A stretch of 64,000 nucleotides of DNA from Toensbergia leucococca (GCA_022813965.1 JALDZS010000005.1:62001-126000), one strand, 5' to 3'; shown: positions 27,367-38,829, counted from the stretch's first letter. Translations and numbers: made by a program. The notes: a model not told the origin generated them from the sequence alone.

Positions 27367-30300
27367 ATGGCTTCGTCAGGGGAGAAGTCGACCGGGCCGG
27401 ATCCTACGGGTCAGCGAGAGGTACAGGATCAGTATCAGGATCAGACTAAGCCCAATATCGGAGAGGCACATTCACCACTACTGAGGAGAGCATCCACCAC
27501 ACCTGTAACTCTCTCTTCTACCACTATCTCCAGGCCAGCTTCTCCCGATCGATCACTTGAATCAGCACCTCCTCGGCCAAAGCTCGGTGGGACAACTACA
27601 TCCTCTCGAAGCACAACTACAAGATCTAGGAAGAACAGTCAAGAATCAAGTCCAAATCGTGCAGCAAGTACTTTTGGCTCAGGCATGCCCACGGTCCCAT
27701 CTGCCGCCGCCATACAAAGAGCTCTGTCAGCCGCTGGCACGCCGCAGCTACAGTCACCAGCTAGCCCGGACTTTTCTGTCGATGGACCAAGGCCTCATAG
27801 AGCTGGGAAACAGTTGGGAGGAGGTGGCGTTCCATTTGGACTGAGTTCAGCACGAGTAAAATCGCCCCCACCATCTGCAATATCTACTAGGGCTTCCTTA
27901 TATTCGCCTCGGAAACCGGATCAGTCGTCTCAGACACCAAGCATTGTACTTGAACGTCCACATTCAGTTACTACGCCTGGCACAGATCTGGGTATTGAAG
28001 GAGAAGACAACTCTCGTTCCGGTACAAAGACACCCGTAAGAGGAAGCAGTGGTGCTGGCTCTACATTGGAAACTGTGCAAGAAAGTAGTCTTCCTGCAAC
28101 GCCTGCGATTGCTGTAGGAAAGATACAGTCGGCCAGTAAGGTTGGCGCCGATGACAGACCGGAACGTATCGAAGAGAATCAACTGGAAGAAGCATCTGGA
28201 AAAGGGATGAAAAAAAATCCAGAAAGTGGCAGCGAGAGTGGGGGCAACAAAAGCGCCGGAACCAAGAACCAAGAAAACGTCAGAAAGAAATCAGTGGTTG
28301 GTAACAGCTCCGCGCACCCCCAAGTACATCCGAAGAAGTCTGTTACGCAGCTGAACTCTGGGAAAGGGAAAACTGGAAACGATGGGACAGTTAGAAATAT
28401 GACCGTAGAGACGGAGACAGTCAGTTCCGTGCCACAAGTCGCTGTTGGTGGAGGAGCTAGTGAACGTATTCTTCCTGGCCTTGGTCGAACAGATACTGGC
28501 AGTACTCTGCGTCTCAAGCCAAGTACAGAGACAATTCGGCCAAGGAAGGAGAAAAAAAGAACGGTGCGCAAAGCGCCTTCTGTCAATTCTGGCACTGGTG
28601 GGTCACTATTCAGACGTTTTCATCATCATCACATCTACTCCAGACCACCATCTCCTGATAACACTTCTTCACAATCTCCTACATCTCCTAATTCCATTTC
28701 TGGCTGTCCGCCAGATTCCCTTTATTTTACCCCCATTTTCCAGCCGAGTCTTCGCAAGGACATGCACACTCGAAGCGCAAGCGTAGGCTTCGATAATTCG
28801 AGACCAACCCCTCAAACAATGCATTCAAGTGCAGGACTGACAACCTTTCGATCACGTACAGCGTCTTCCAAAGCAGACATTTTCGAAGCAAAGGTCGCCA
28901 GTGCCGTTGACGAGGCGAACTCGTCGGATTCCGAAGAAACCTTTGTGTACGAATCCAATCCTCCAGAGCCCCTCTCGGCCCGCCCTCATCGCTACCATTC
29001 TCGTACGCCAAGCGCTACCTCGATGGCAAGTCAAGCAGATCATTACGGCGGCAGAGTCAGACAGGATGGTCATCATAGCATTGCTGGCAAGAAGAGCATG
29101 AAATTTGCTAACAACTCACATCATACCAACGGCTTTTATGGAGACTCTGGTGACCCGGGAACCGTCAGAGGACCTAATTCTGCCGGACGGACGAGTGGTG
29201 GTAATATCCCCCACCACCATCGCTTGGGACATTATGGAGCCGGTCACACCTCACTCTTCGACAAAAACTCTCCATTTCCTAACGCCAACAAATCGCCAAG
29301 AACTGTGGTGAGTCACTTTACCAGGCTATCCCCTCGACCTTCAAGTCCTCGAAGTCCCCACATCATTCGCATACCTGGGAGTTCTAAGAACGCCGAGGAG
29401 TCTCTCACCTACGATCTGGAAGGTGAAGGTGCTGATGACGAGCGTACTCCGTTGGTTGGCTCCATTCGATATAGCCGCAATCGTAACAGCCGTCGGATAC
29501 TGAGCAGCTCACAACATGGAAGCTACGTAGGAAGAAGGAAGCAAGACTTCTGTAGGCGTATCACCGCCTTTGTTGCCTTGGGATCCTTAGTAGCGCTCCT
29601 CATCACTGCACTCATAGTCATCTTGATCATGTGTTCTAAGCCGTTGATTCACGTGCATATCGCGGATATCGAAAACGTCATCGCCTCCGAACAAGAGATT
29701 ATGCTCGATCTCCATGTCCACGCCATCAATCCAAACTTGATTGCTGTCCAAGTCAGTGATTTGGACATCAACATTTTTGCGAAAAGCAAATACGTGGGTA
29801 CTAGTTGTATTTGGAGGGATGACCATGCGCCAAATCGCAACGAGGGAAGAGATCGAAAAAGCCCGTTCATGGACGCATCATACGGGCAGCAGTTGGATGA
29901 TAAGAAGTTCCGCAACAATCACTACGTAACGGATGGGATCGATGAAGGCACAGATCCAATCGAAGATCCTGAAGCAGACTCTCAGACCATGCTTTTGGGC
30001 CGCATCTTCGAATTCGACTCCCCTCTCATATTCGACCCCTCGCCCATCAGGCGTCACTCACTTTCTTCAACCGGTGAAGTACGCCTCGCAAAACCCGGCA
30101 ATAGAACAGAGGAAGGTGGCTCAGAGAGATGGGAAAAGGTCATCCAGCATCCTTTCGAGCTTATTGTGCGTGGGGTCGTTAGATACTCGCTGGCGATTAG
30201 TACGAGGACTCGATCAGCATCTATCGGCGGCAGTGTCGTCGTCCATCCCGAAGCAGGCGTGGATAAATCTGGATCTACGTGGGTGTCGAAGGCCTTTGGC

Positions 30301-30369
30301 GCGAGGAGCAACGCGATCGTATGGGGATCTGAGGGAAAGAGGCCGTTAAAGATCAGGTTGATCGCCTGA
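27367..30369 (+). CDS. VAC7: Vacuolar segregation protein Vac7 (Fab1 PI(3,5)P2 complex activator); optional in-frame intron 28598-28861
   Basis: MTVETETVSSVPQV, LRLKPSTETIRP, ASSKADIFEAKVASAVDEANSSDSEETFVYESNP, one TM helix, VIASEQEIMLDL...AINPN, WEKVIQHPFELIVRG. Confidence 0.9.
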   Translation: MASSGEKSTGPDPTGQREVQDQYQDQTKPNIGEAHSPLLRRASTTPVTLSSTTISRPASPDRSLESAPPRPKLGGTTTSSRSTTTRSRKNSQESSPNRAASTFGSGMPTVPSAAAIQRALSAAGTPQLQSPASPDFSVDGPRPHRAGKQLGGGGVPFGLSSARVKSPPPSAISTRASLYSPRKPDQSSQTPSIVLERPHSVTTPGTDLGIEGEDNSRSGTKTPVRGSSGAGSTLETVQESSLPATPAIAVGKIQSASKVGADDRPERIEENQLEEASGKGMKKNPESGSESGGNKSAGTKNQENVRKKSVVGNSSAHPQVHPKKSVTQLNSGKGKTGNDGTVRNMTVETETVSSVPQVAVGGGASERILPGLGRTDTGSTLRLKPSTETIRPRKEKKRTVRKAPSVNSGTGGSLFRRFHHHHIYSRPPSPDNTSSQSPTSPNSISGCPPDSLYFTPIFQPSLRKDMHTRSASVGFDNSRPTPQTMHSSAGLTTFRSRTASSKADIFEAKVASAVDEANSSDSEETFVYESNPPEPLSARPHRYHSRTPSATSMASQADHYGGRVRQDGHHSIAGKKSMKFANNSHHTNGFYGDSGDPGTVRGPNSAGRTSGGNIPHHHRLGHYGAGHTSLFDKNSPFPNANKSPRTVVSHFTRLSPRPSSPRSPHIIRIPGSSKNAEESLTYDLEGEGADDERTPLVGSIRYSRNRNSRRILSSSQHGSYVGRRKQDFCRRITAFVALGSLVALLITALIVILIMCSKPLIHVHIADIENVIASEQEIMLDLHVHAINPNLIAVQVSDLDINIFAKSKYVGTSCIWRDDHAPNRNEGRDRKSPFMDASYGQQLDDKKFRNNHYVTDGIDEGTDPIEDPEADSQTMLLGRIFEFDSPLIFDPSPIRRHSLSSTGEVRLAKPGNRTEEGGSERWEKVIQHPFELIVRGVVRYSLAISTRTRSASIGGSVVVHPEAGVDKSGSTWVSKAFGARSNAIVWGSEGKRPLKIRLIA

Positions 30370-32160
30370 ATTTTTGCCTAGATATGATAACGATGAACGA
30401 AAGACAAGGACGCCAACTATGATATCCACTTGTCCCCAGGAAGCGTCTTACGAATTTCCTTGACATCACCTAATCGCATTTAAGGGGGTTTCCTCCTTGT
30501 ACTTTGTATGTTTCAGCGGCGAGCGAGAATGCAGCATTCCGCGTGCAAGATAATGTTTTGGGAAAATGGGGAACTAGCGTGGCACGAGTAATGCGAAGGA
30601 TGGGAATTATCTTCATGTGGTCAATTCCGAGTAAGATTGTTCTGGCTCTTTGTTCTAACAGCTCCAACCCTTGGGATTCTCGATAGAGCTCTGGGCATTC
30701 AGACTGTGGCAATTCCCACATATGTGTAAATTTACTCCTCGTCAGGCGCTAGAGTGATGGATCTCTTCTCGAGAGCGGGAGACAAAAGTGTACATAGAAA
30801 GCAAGCATCATTCCTAACTCCAGCACAGCTCCTCCTGTTATGAAAAAGGGGCACTGTGCACTTTCATCACTGTTTTGCTTTTCTTATGATCTGTGAGTGT
30901 TGAACGACCCAGAGTGCAGTCCTGGTTCCTTGGCTACGTACGCTATGAAGAAAATCAACCTTTTTTTTTAAAATGATCAGATATATTGGAGAACTGAAGT
31001 AAAGTGATTGTTTTTTCAAAAACCCACACTGCCATTTCCTTTTCTCAATTACGTTCATCATTCACCTTAGATAACTTATTACCTATTTAGAGAAAAAAGA
31101 TCAAAGTTGTTCATCAGTCAAGAGGGGAGGTACGAGATGATCCTGCATCCATCAATTAATTCAAGTGATATAGCAAGAGAGAGAGGAATCAGAAAAACTA
31201 GATAACGAGCTGAAGGACTTTCAAAATCGACTCTCTTTTCTGAAAGTTTTGGCCGTTTTTGTGGTTGGGGGGCATACTCTACTAGGAAGGGGCATCCTTG
31301 GTACCTCTTTGCTGCAAAACCAAGCGCCTGCATCCATCCCTCCAAAACATTCATTCGATTCCCTAGTGGCCTAGCAAAAAAAAATCTCACAACAAGTAGC
31401 CATCTGCACAGCCCGGTCTCCCAACTCCCATTCATTCCTCTTCCCTCTTACCCCCCCCCACCCCACCACCCCCCCGGCGCACAAAAAGATTTCTCCGCAC
31501 AAAGTCTAGCAAATTCCGACTATGATGGAGATGTCTTTGAGGGTGTCAGAAGCGGTTTTCAAGAGGAAGCTACGATGGGATTGTGATTTAGTGAGAGCGG
31601 ATGTGGGATAGGGTGGAATGAGGTTGTCTCAATGAAACAAACGGGAGCTTGTGATGCTGGGTGACTGGAGAAAGAGAGGTAGAGCCGAGCGTGTAAGCGG
31701 CAAGGAGAAGTAGCTATCACGCCATGGAACTATGCACAGCAGAATAAGCTTCTCACAACCGCGTCGTGAGCAGAGAAGGTCGATTCCTCAATCGCCCGGT
31801 ATTATGTACATTTACAAATTCAGGAAGACGAAGTCCCTGAAACCGCACTCAAAACGGGGGTGCTGGCTAGCTTGAAAAAACAAAAACCTTTGAAAGCGCT
31901 CCTGGATTCATGCATGCATGCCAATGTCCCCTGAGAATCGGCGCCTCCAAAAACGCTAAAACGCCGGGGAAAATGCCGAAGCCGAAGCCGAAGCCGCCAA
32001 GGCTAAAAGAGTCGAAAAACGCTGAAACTGATATTAAGACAGTCGGGAAAGAATTGGATTACCATGGTAATGGTGGGTACGGCCGTGGGTGATTAGTTTG
32101 GTGGGTTGGGATTTGTGAAGTAGACGGTGAACAAGGAGGCCGATTTTAGGGTTTTCGAGG

Positions 32161-35100
32161 TTATAAGGCTGGAGCGCCCATGGCGAAAGCGGAATCACTA
32201 AATCCGTCTTCTTGCTTCATTGTACCGTTGAGCATAGGACAAAGCCTGCGATTAGGGTTGTGTGTGTTAGCGTCTGATTTATGCTTGTTCTCCAAAGAGG
32301 GGAAACATTGGAGAAGAGTTCGTCAAAGGCCTCGATGAGAGGCAGGAGAAAAAGAAGAATAAGGGGATCAGGCAATAGATTGAGAATGAGATAGTGGGTG
32401 GCACTTTTTATTGGTCTTAATATGCCCGACCTGGCCACAATTGGCGCACTTTCGTTGAGTGCCTGTAGATTTCGTGGCAGTAGTGGTCGTGGCAACAGCG
32501 GGCGAGGTTGGTGTGTCAGCCCCCGGAGATGCTGCCGCGCCATCAGTGCGCATGCCCTTTTGCTTGTCACGAGCGAGTCGACGATCTTTGTTGCGTTCCA
32601 GCCGGGCTAGCTCCTTCTCCAGTCTGAAAAGGGGGTCAGTCAGGCACAAGTCGTCTGAATCTGACATATAACCTACTGCTTCTTTAATCGCTGGTCCTTG
32701 TCGGCATCGCCAGACGGTTTGATCTCGGACAGTCTTTGGAAATTAGTCTTTCTCCATAGGGGCAAATGAGACCCTAACTTACTTTGTATTCTCTGCCTCC
32801 CTGGCATGTCGTCTTTTCAGATACTGTCGAATCACCCTTGGATCGCGTATGACATCTTGCTCACGCTCAACATTGCCATACTTATCTCGGATATTGCGTG
32901 TGATCCTGAGAACCTTGCCAGTTTGGCTGTCGGTACTGAATTTACTGAATTGACTTGTAGTCTCGTCGTCCCGGCGCCGAGATGCAGCCGGCGTCTGCGC
33001 CTCGGACCGAGGAGTTCTTACATTCCCAAAAAAGTCGTCCGGCTCCTCAACGTCAGCGTCCGTCATGTCCGTGTCCGAGTGCTCTAAAGTGGAAGAAAGG
33101 CTCTGCTTTTGTGCATCCCAAATACGGCGAATCGACTCTTCATAGGATTTCTGTTGTCGAGCAACATTATAGCTGTGTCCACCTAGCTCCTTGAGTTTTT
33201 TGGCATCAATTTTGTCCTCTACACTTTCGCCCACAGCCTTGAAGCCACCTTTCATAGATGTCTTGATGAAACTGAATGCTTCGCCTCGACCTGACGGGTC
33301 GCCTTCCCCATGCAAAACTAACATGGCTTTGCCTTGTGCGGCATTGAGAAAATTCCGTGACGTATACCAAGGCGCAAGCTGCTGTTCTATGCTCTGACCC
33401 TCTTTGCCTTCGTCATCGTCGGAGCCGTCGTCTCCCTTGCTGAAACCGGCATCTTGCAGATGCTGTTGGCCAACCTGCATAGACTCGAGGAGACATACAT
33501 CTTCAGGCTTGACCATTGATCGTATGACTTCCTCATCCGGTATAGCTTCGCCAGGTCGCATTTCCCATTCTCTATGCTCCTTGGAGAATTGCATAAACTC
33601 TTTCATCTTCTGTCGATTCTGCATATCTGTGGTATCCGTGAAGTGTTTGGTAATTTCATTAACACTCACTCGATGAGGCTTGTTCCGGCGAACGCGACGA
33701 TAGGATATCATTTTCAGGCGATTCTTCGAAGCTGTTGTGACTTTACGAGAATGTGGCCCAGGCACGTCGACGGAGGGAAATTCCTGCCCAACCACATGGA
33801 GATTCTCGATATTTCGAATGTACCAAGAAGATCCTTCAATACCTGTAGTGTTCCTGATCACCAAGAAGTCCGTCGGTTTCGCTTCTTGCTTGAAGATAGG
33901 GGCACGGTACATTCCATTGTATAAAGCAGGGGTGATTTGCCCTGGATCAATGTGACCGAATACAGAGAACGGACTCTTGTCCTGCGGTAGAAGCACGGCT
34001 GTTTCTCCAATGTCGAGCTTTGGGCGCGCGCTGTCTTCCATGTTCTTCCGCCGGTAGTAATTGATGACTCGACTACCCATACCAAAATTCGACATTGTGG
34101 TTGGGTACTCTTCAGAATACTCAAGCAGAAGCACGTTAGAGTTGTCACCCAAGGTGAGGTCTTTGGTGGTTTGAAAGATGCCTTGAATATCTTTATTGCG
34201 AAGGTGCTTCTTCTTGATGAACCGTGGCTTGCTGAATGTGATGGGTTCGTTGCGCTGAAACATCATGGCAGGTCGGTGGAAGGACCTCGCTTCCTGCTTT
34301 TCCAGTTTTGTTTTGTACTTTGGGTAGTTAGCATGTTGTCTTAGTCTAGTTGTTTTTGTAGTATCTCAGGCCTGACTTACATATGGCCATTGCAACCGCA
34401 CAGCAGGCATACTGTGGTCCACAGTCAGGTTCCCGAGAGTACTTCGGACTTTGCTTTGATGATTCTCCTTAAGCAAGTCGTACGCTTCATCATTCGACAC
34501 GTTGTATCTCTGACTAAGACCTTTAGTAAAGGCCCCACGTCCACCTTTTCGAAGGTCTGGTTTTCTAGCATGACTCCTAGAGCTCGAGTTAGGTCGATTA
34601 ATGTCAATTAGTAACTGTCGATCATTGAGATCTAAAGTCACAGCCTTGGCGATCCTGGAGGTGGTGCTTTCTGGATTATTTAGAGGCGGAAAAGAAAATT
34701 GTGGAGTCGCTAGTATATCAGATTGTGAGGGGCCAAATTTACGTCTCTACGACGTTATTAGAGAACTGAACGGGTTTGACGCGCTTTCAGAGCATACCTT
34801 TGCAGAAGGCCGCCCAGATTGGCTTCGTAGAACATCATCGAGATCTCCAAAGAAATTATCGTCTTCTGGCTGGTCAAAAGTCGCCGCTAGATCAGGACTC
34901 GACGCCATCGACAAGCTATGGATATCCCAATCTTCGCACACGATCTGGAGATCTTGCCAAGTGACTCCGCCGATTGGGTTGTTCTCAAAGTCTGAATCCA
35001 TGTCCACATCCTCGTCAATAATTTTCTCTTCAGACATAGCTTGCGATATCATGACTAAACCCAATCGATCTGCCTCTTCCTGGGTCTTCTTAGATAGGGA

Positions 35101-35940
35101 CGAAGATAACCTAAAGCTCTTCTCTTGATCGGCTGCCATCTCGAGGCTGACCTTTGAAAGCTGAATTGGTTTCGGTCGCTTGAGAGGTGTCTTGCCAATG
35201 TAGCGCGATTTTTTGGGTGGAAGCAAATCTATGAAACACGGAACAGAGTCGCGCTCAAACTTTGGCCACAGTGATGCCAGTAACTCTTGTTGATTTTCCG
35301 CAGGAGCGGGTGGGAAATCTGTACCTCCCATCCCAGTTCTAGACATGGCAAAGAGTTCCTGTTGCAATTGTTGTTCCTTGGACAGAATTTCATCTTTGGA
35401 TTTGAAGTCGATACTTCGAAAAACGGGCTCCGAAGAGGTATCTGCTAGCTTAGTTGTCTGTGATATGGGTAGCTTTGAAAGTGTTTCCGGTGATTCCCGC
35501 AGTGGTTCATCATCCTCAAACTCGAAAGATATCCCCATGCCATCTTGGTCCGTTCGAGTCTGTATATTCCTTGACATGCTCCCAAGATCGACGGGGGATG
35601 ATCGTACGTCGCCGAAAAGATCATCGATTTCATCCTCATCGGGACCACTCCCATTGGTCAGCTCTAGCAAGTCCTCATCTTGTGTGAAACTATTAAGATC
35701 CCCAAAGGAAACATCATTATTTTGAGCTCCGCCTGCGGGGCTTTGAGGCAAACTTGTATCGTCCTCATCTTCCGCCAGATCATCGTCACTTAGGTCTCCG
35801 AAATCTATGGCATCATCTGCCTTGTCCCCAGGCTCAAGGTCGCGACTGAAGTCGATGGTATTCTCTGGGTCAAGCGCTTGCTGAATGAGACGGTCATCTT
35901 CCTCGTCCTGAGAATCATGCGGTGCTGTTGCATGAGGCAT
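32161..35940 (-). CDS. TAF1: TFIID subunit Taf1; exons 35940-34798, 34746-34381, 34317-32783, 32733-32677, 32623-32405, 32245-32161
   Basis: YNVSNDEAYDLLK, LLEYSEEYP, PGPHSRKVT, LAPWYTSRNF, GEGDPSGRGEAFSF, zinc knuckle CANCGQVGHIKTNK. Confidence 0.95.
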
Positions 35941-36217
35941 GGTGTTGATGTGATAGTGATCTGGCAGTTGAGCCTGTGGCTTCCTCAACATGGTCAGCGC
36001 AGAGCGCTTCCACACTGCTCTAATACCATCACCGTACTCCTAAGCCGGAGGACAAAGGTCTGTCACACTTTTGACAGCGTCAGGGAGGTTTGACGTGGAA
36101 ATGGGCATTTGATAGAGCTCGGCGCCGAGTGGTGTAACAAGAAAGGTGATGTTCTTGGCAAACTGCGGAAGCACCCACGCGCTAGCCCGATTTAGACTAA
36201 GCGAGGAGGCGAGGCAC

Positions 36218-36313
36218 GGTCTCGGTGTAAAAATCGACCGCCGATGGCTTAGTGATCTCTCGCCAATCCCTTCGTAAAAATTGACGAAATTCATCATTTT
36301 TGCTACCGAGATC
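36218..36313. mobile_element. Degenerate relative of the 36798 hairpin MITE, in opposite orientation
   Basis: 36224-36266 matches the reverse complement of the MITE at 37/43; has its own short terminal IR (tctcggt...accgaga). Confidence 0.6.
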
Positions 36314-36345
36314 TCAAAGATCTTTCACATACCTCAAGTTTCGAA

Positions 36346-37381
36346 ATGAGAACGAGTAGAAACGGAGGGACTGAGCTTCGTCAAAGTTTACCGCACACGC
36401 CTTCTGACTTAGATGATGAGGTATGTACCTTTTGCTTTTGTCCAAATCTTGCGTAATTCCTAAAACTAATTTAATCAGGTTCTCACAGTAGACGCACTTC
36501 TTTTTGAAGTACTTGACGTTCCCGTTCTGCAAGATCCTGAAACGTTGAGCAAATCACGTTTACGCAATGAAAGTGAACGTGTTACACTCGGGCAACACGA
36601 TGATAAAATTGTTAATAAAAAGTCACGAGGCCATGGCCTTCTACAAACGCTTGATGAAATGAATACGACCTTGAAAATTTTGACTGCCAAAGATGGAACA
36701 ATGTCAAGTCAGATCAAGGAGCATGAGAGGCAGATTGAAGAGCATCGAAAGCAGATCATGTCATTAAAGGGTCATGTTGGACGCCTGATGCAAACGAAGG
36801 GGGGGTGAAAAAATTGACCGCCGACGGGTTGGCGAGAAATCACCAAGCGATTGGCGGTCAATTTTTTCACCCCCCCTCGAGAGCTCAGAAAATTTATCTA
36901 TCGATTTGGAGACGGTTCTTAGATGTATACCAAAGGGACATCAAGGGAAGAGAAGACATAAGAAGCTCAAAGATGACTCAACAAGGAAATCAGAAAGCCC
37001 ATCATGGCGATGCGCTCGGAGATGCTCTGGTATTTGATCGTGATAAACGCTCAGATAGAAGATTATATCGGGAGTTATACGGGTTGAGTTACGAGCAGGT
37101 TCTGACTTTCCGTATGTATAATAACGATTACCTCTGTCAAGAGCTGACTCAGTATAGACTCTGCGACTGTTGATGGAGGACTTTTCCTCGTATTAAATGC
37201 TCATGCAACTATGCTTGCAGATGGAAAGACTCCTTCAAATGATCTCAAAGTAGCCTTCGAATCCTTTCTCGACTAAGTTGAAGAAAATTGGCTACAGCCA
37301 CCAAACAAGGACTCTACTACCCCTCTTGGTTCAGCATACTATACATTCTGGGAGAACTTCTACGAGCAGATGTCAACCTGA
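36346..37381 (+). pseudogene. Disrupted hypothetical coiled-coil protein gene; exons 36346-36420, 36479-37111, 37158-37381; MITE insertion and premature TAA
   Basis: Two GTATGT..YAG introns with CTAAT/CTGAC branch sites join frames; frame broken by an 83-bp insertion; in-frame TAA 37274-37276 followed by coding-like VEENWLQPP...SAYYTFW. Confidence 0.75.
36798..36877. mobile_element. 80-bp hairpin MITE with 25-bp perfect TIRs and 3-bp TSD CGA
   Basis: agggggggtgaaaaaattgaccgcc (36798-36822) / ggcggtcaattttttcaccccccct (36853-36877); CGA at 36795-36797 and 36878-36880. Confidence 0.85.
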
Positions 37382-37678
37382 AATGGCTCTTCATTCATTC
37401 AATAGTTTATGGAGCACTGGGCATGTGAAGAATGTCATTTGATCGACCTGTAGCCAAGTCCTCTGAATTGATTTGATTCAATATCAATGTGAGAATGTTT
37501 GAGGGTCTCATCCCTCATTCCTACAGACATATTAGACGGGGAGCTTTATGACTACTCATGCAAATGAAAAACCATTACTTGGTGATAGCCAGAGACTCCT
37601 ATTTTCGCAGTGGTGGCCTTCAAGTAACGTTGATCTTTGGCGAGCACCTTACTCCACTGGCGAGCCATTCCAACGACA

Positions 37679-38606
37679 TTATCCCAAGGAAAAAGCTCCG
37701 AAATAAGCACACATAGCCTAGTTTAGATATTATCAAAATAAATTCCTTTCTTCGAAGCGCACAACACTCACCTTACTCGCCCCATCCAAACAATAGTGCA
37801 CCACTGTCGTTTTTCCGTCTCCATGGACACGACTTGCCAGTTGCCTCAGATCAGAAGTTCGCGGCAAATATAAAGCGATATTATCGGTGAGTTTTCGAAA
37901 TGGTTCTAGTAGAGTGTCTATTGTGTATGGTTGCATATTCGACAAGTCAAAAACCTCATCTGATCGATAGCCCGGGCCTGCAGTGATCAGAAACGTCGAC
38001 ACTTGGAGAGCGTAGGGCCATATATTTACCACCCCAAGGAGGGCTGGCGAAGACCACACTGACTTCGCCTACATCTACAAGCTCTTTTTGAATGATCTCA
38101 AAGCAATCGCCTTCGTACCAGGATATCTTATCCTGCACTCCGTAGACTTCGGCGTTGTGCTTTGCACACGCTAGAACCGTCGGGTCTTTTTCAATAGCGT
38201 AGACCCTCTTCCACCTGCCAGACTGAGCAAAGGCAATGGTGTTACCGCCGGCTCCAGCAAAAGCATCAATGAGAATGCCCTTCTCTGGCGGAGCTGAGTC
38301 GGCAATATGCTGGGCTATTTTGCTTCAATGACTTAGATTAATATTGAAGCTTAAGAGATGAACATACAGTGCTACAGGTTCTGGCGTCACGCCAAACCAA
38401 GCATCATCAGTCATCCAGATGCCTTGATCATAATTGGAGAAGATCTTGTATCTTTGATGGTAGTATCTGGGCCTTGTAAGCATCAGAATTACAGATTTGA
38501 GACAAAAGTACTTTTGAATATCCCATGGCACGTCCATCAGATCGCTGTAGTGGAAACATCCCTCGGGGAGGTCAATCTCCCTACGTCTTTTCTTACCCTT
38601 AGCCAT
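37679..38606 (-). CDS. TGS1: Trimethylguanosine synthase; exons 38606-38512, 38466-38368, 38322-38030, 37977-37772, 37717-37679
   Basis: WMTDDAWFGVTPEPVA, LIDAFAGAGGNTIAFA, CAKHNAEVYGV, FASPPWGGPGY, LYLPRTSDL. Confidence 0.93.
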
Positions 38607-38829
38607 TGGAATGATCGCATATCGTAGGAAGGAGTTGTCGGAATAAGACTCTCTCAAGAGATTAGTAGATCTAGGTTCGGCATGGAACAATGTTTTGGTG
38701 CAAAAAATGTATTCAATTAGTTTCAAGCACGTCGCGTATTCTACGGAGTACTCGGACAAAAGCACCATATACGAGTAAGACAAACACAGATCTAGAGTAC
38801 ACCGGAAACCATTGTGTCTAAAAGGCAAC

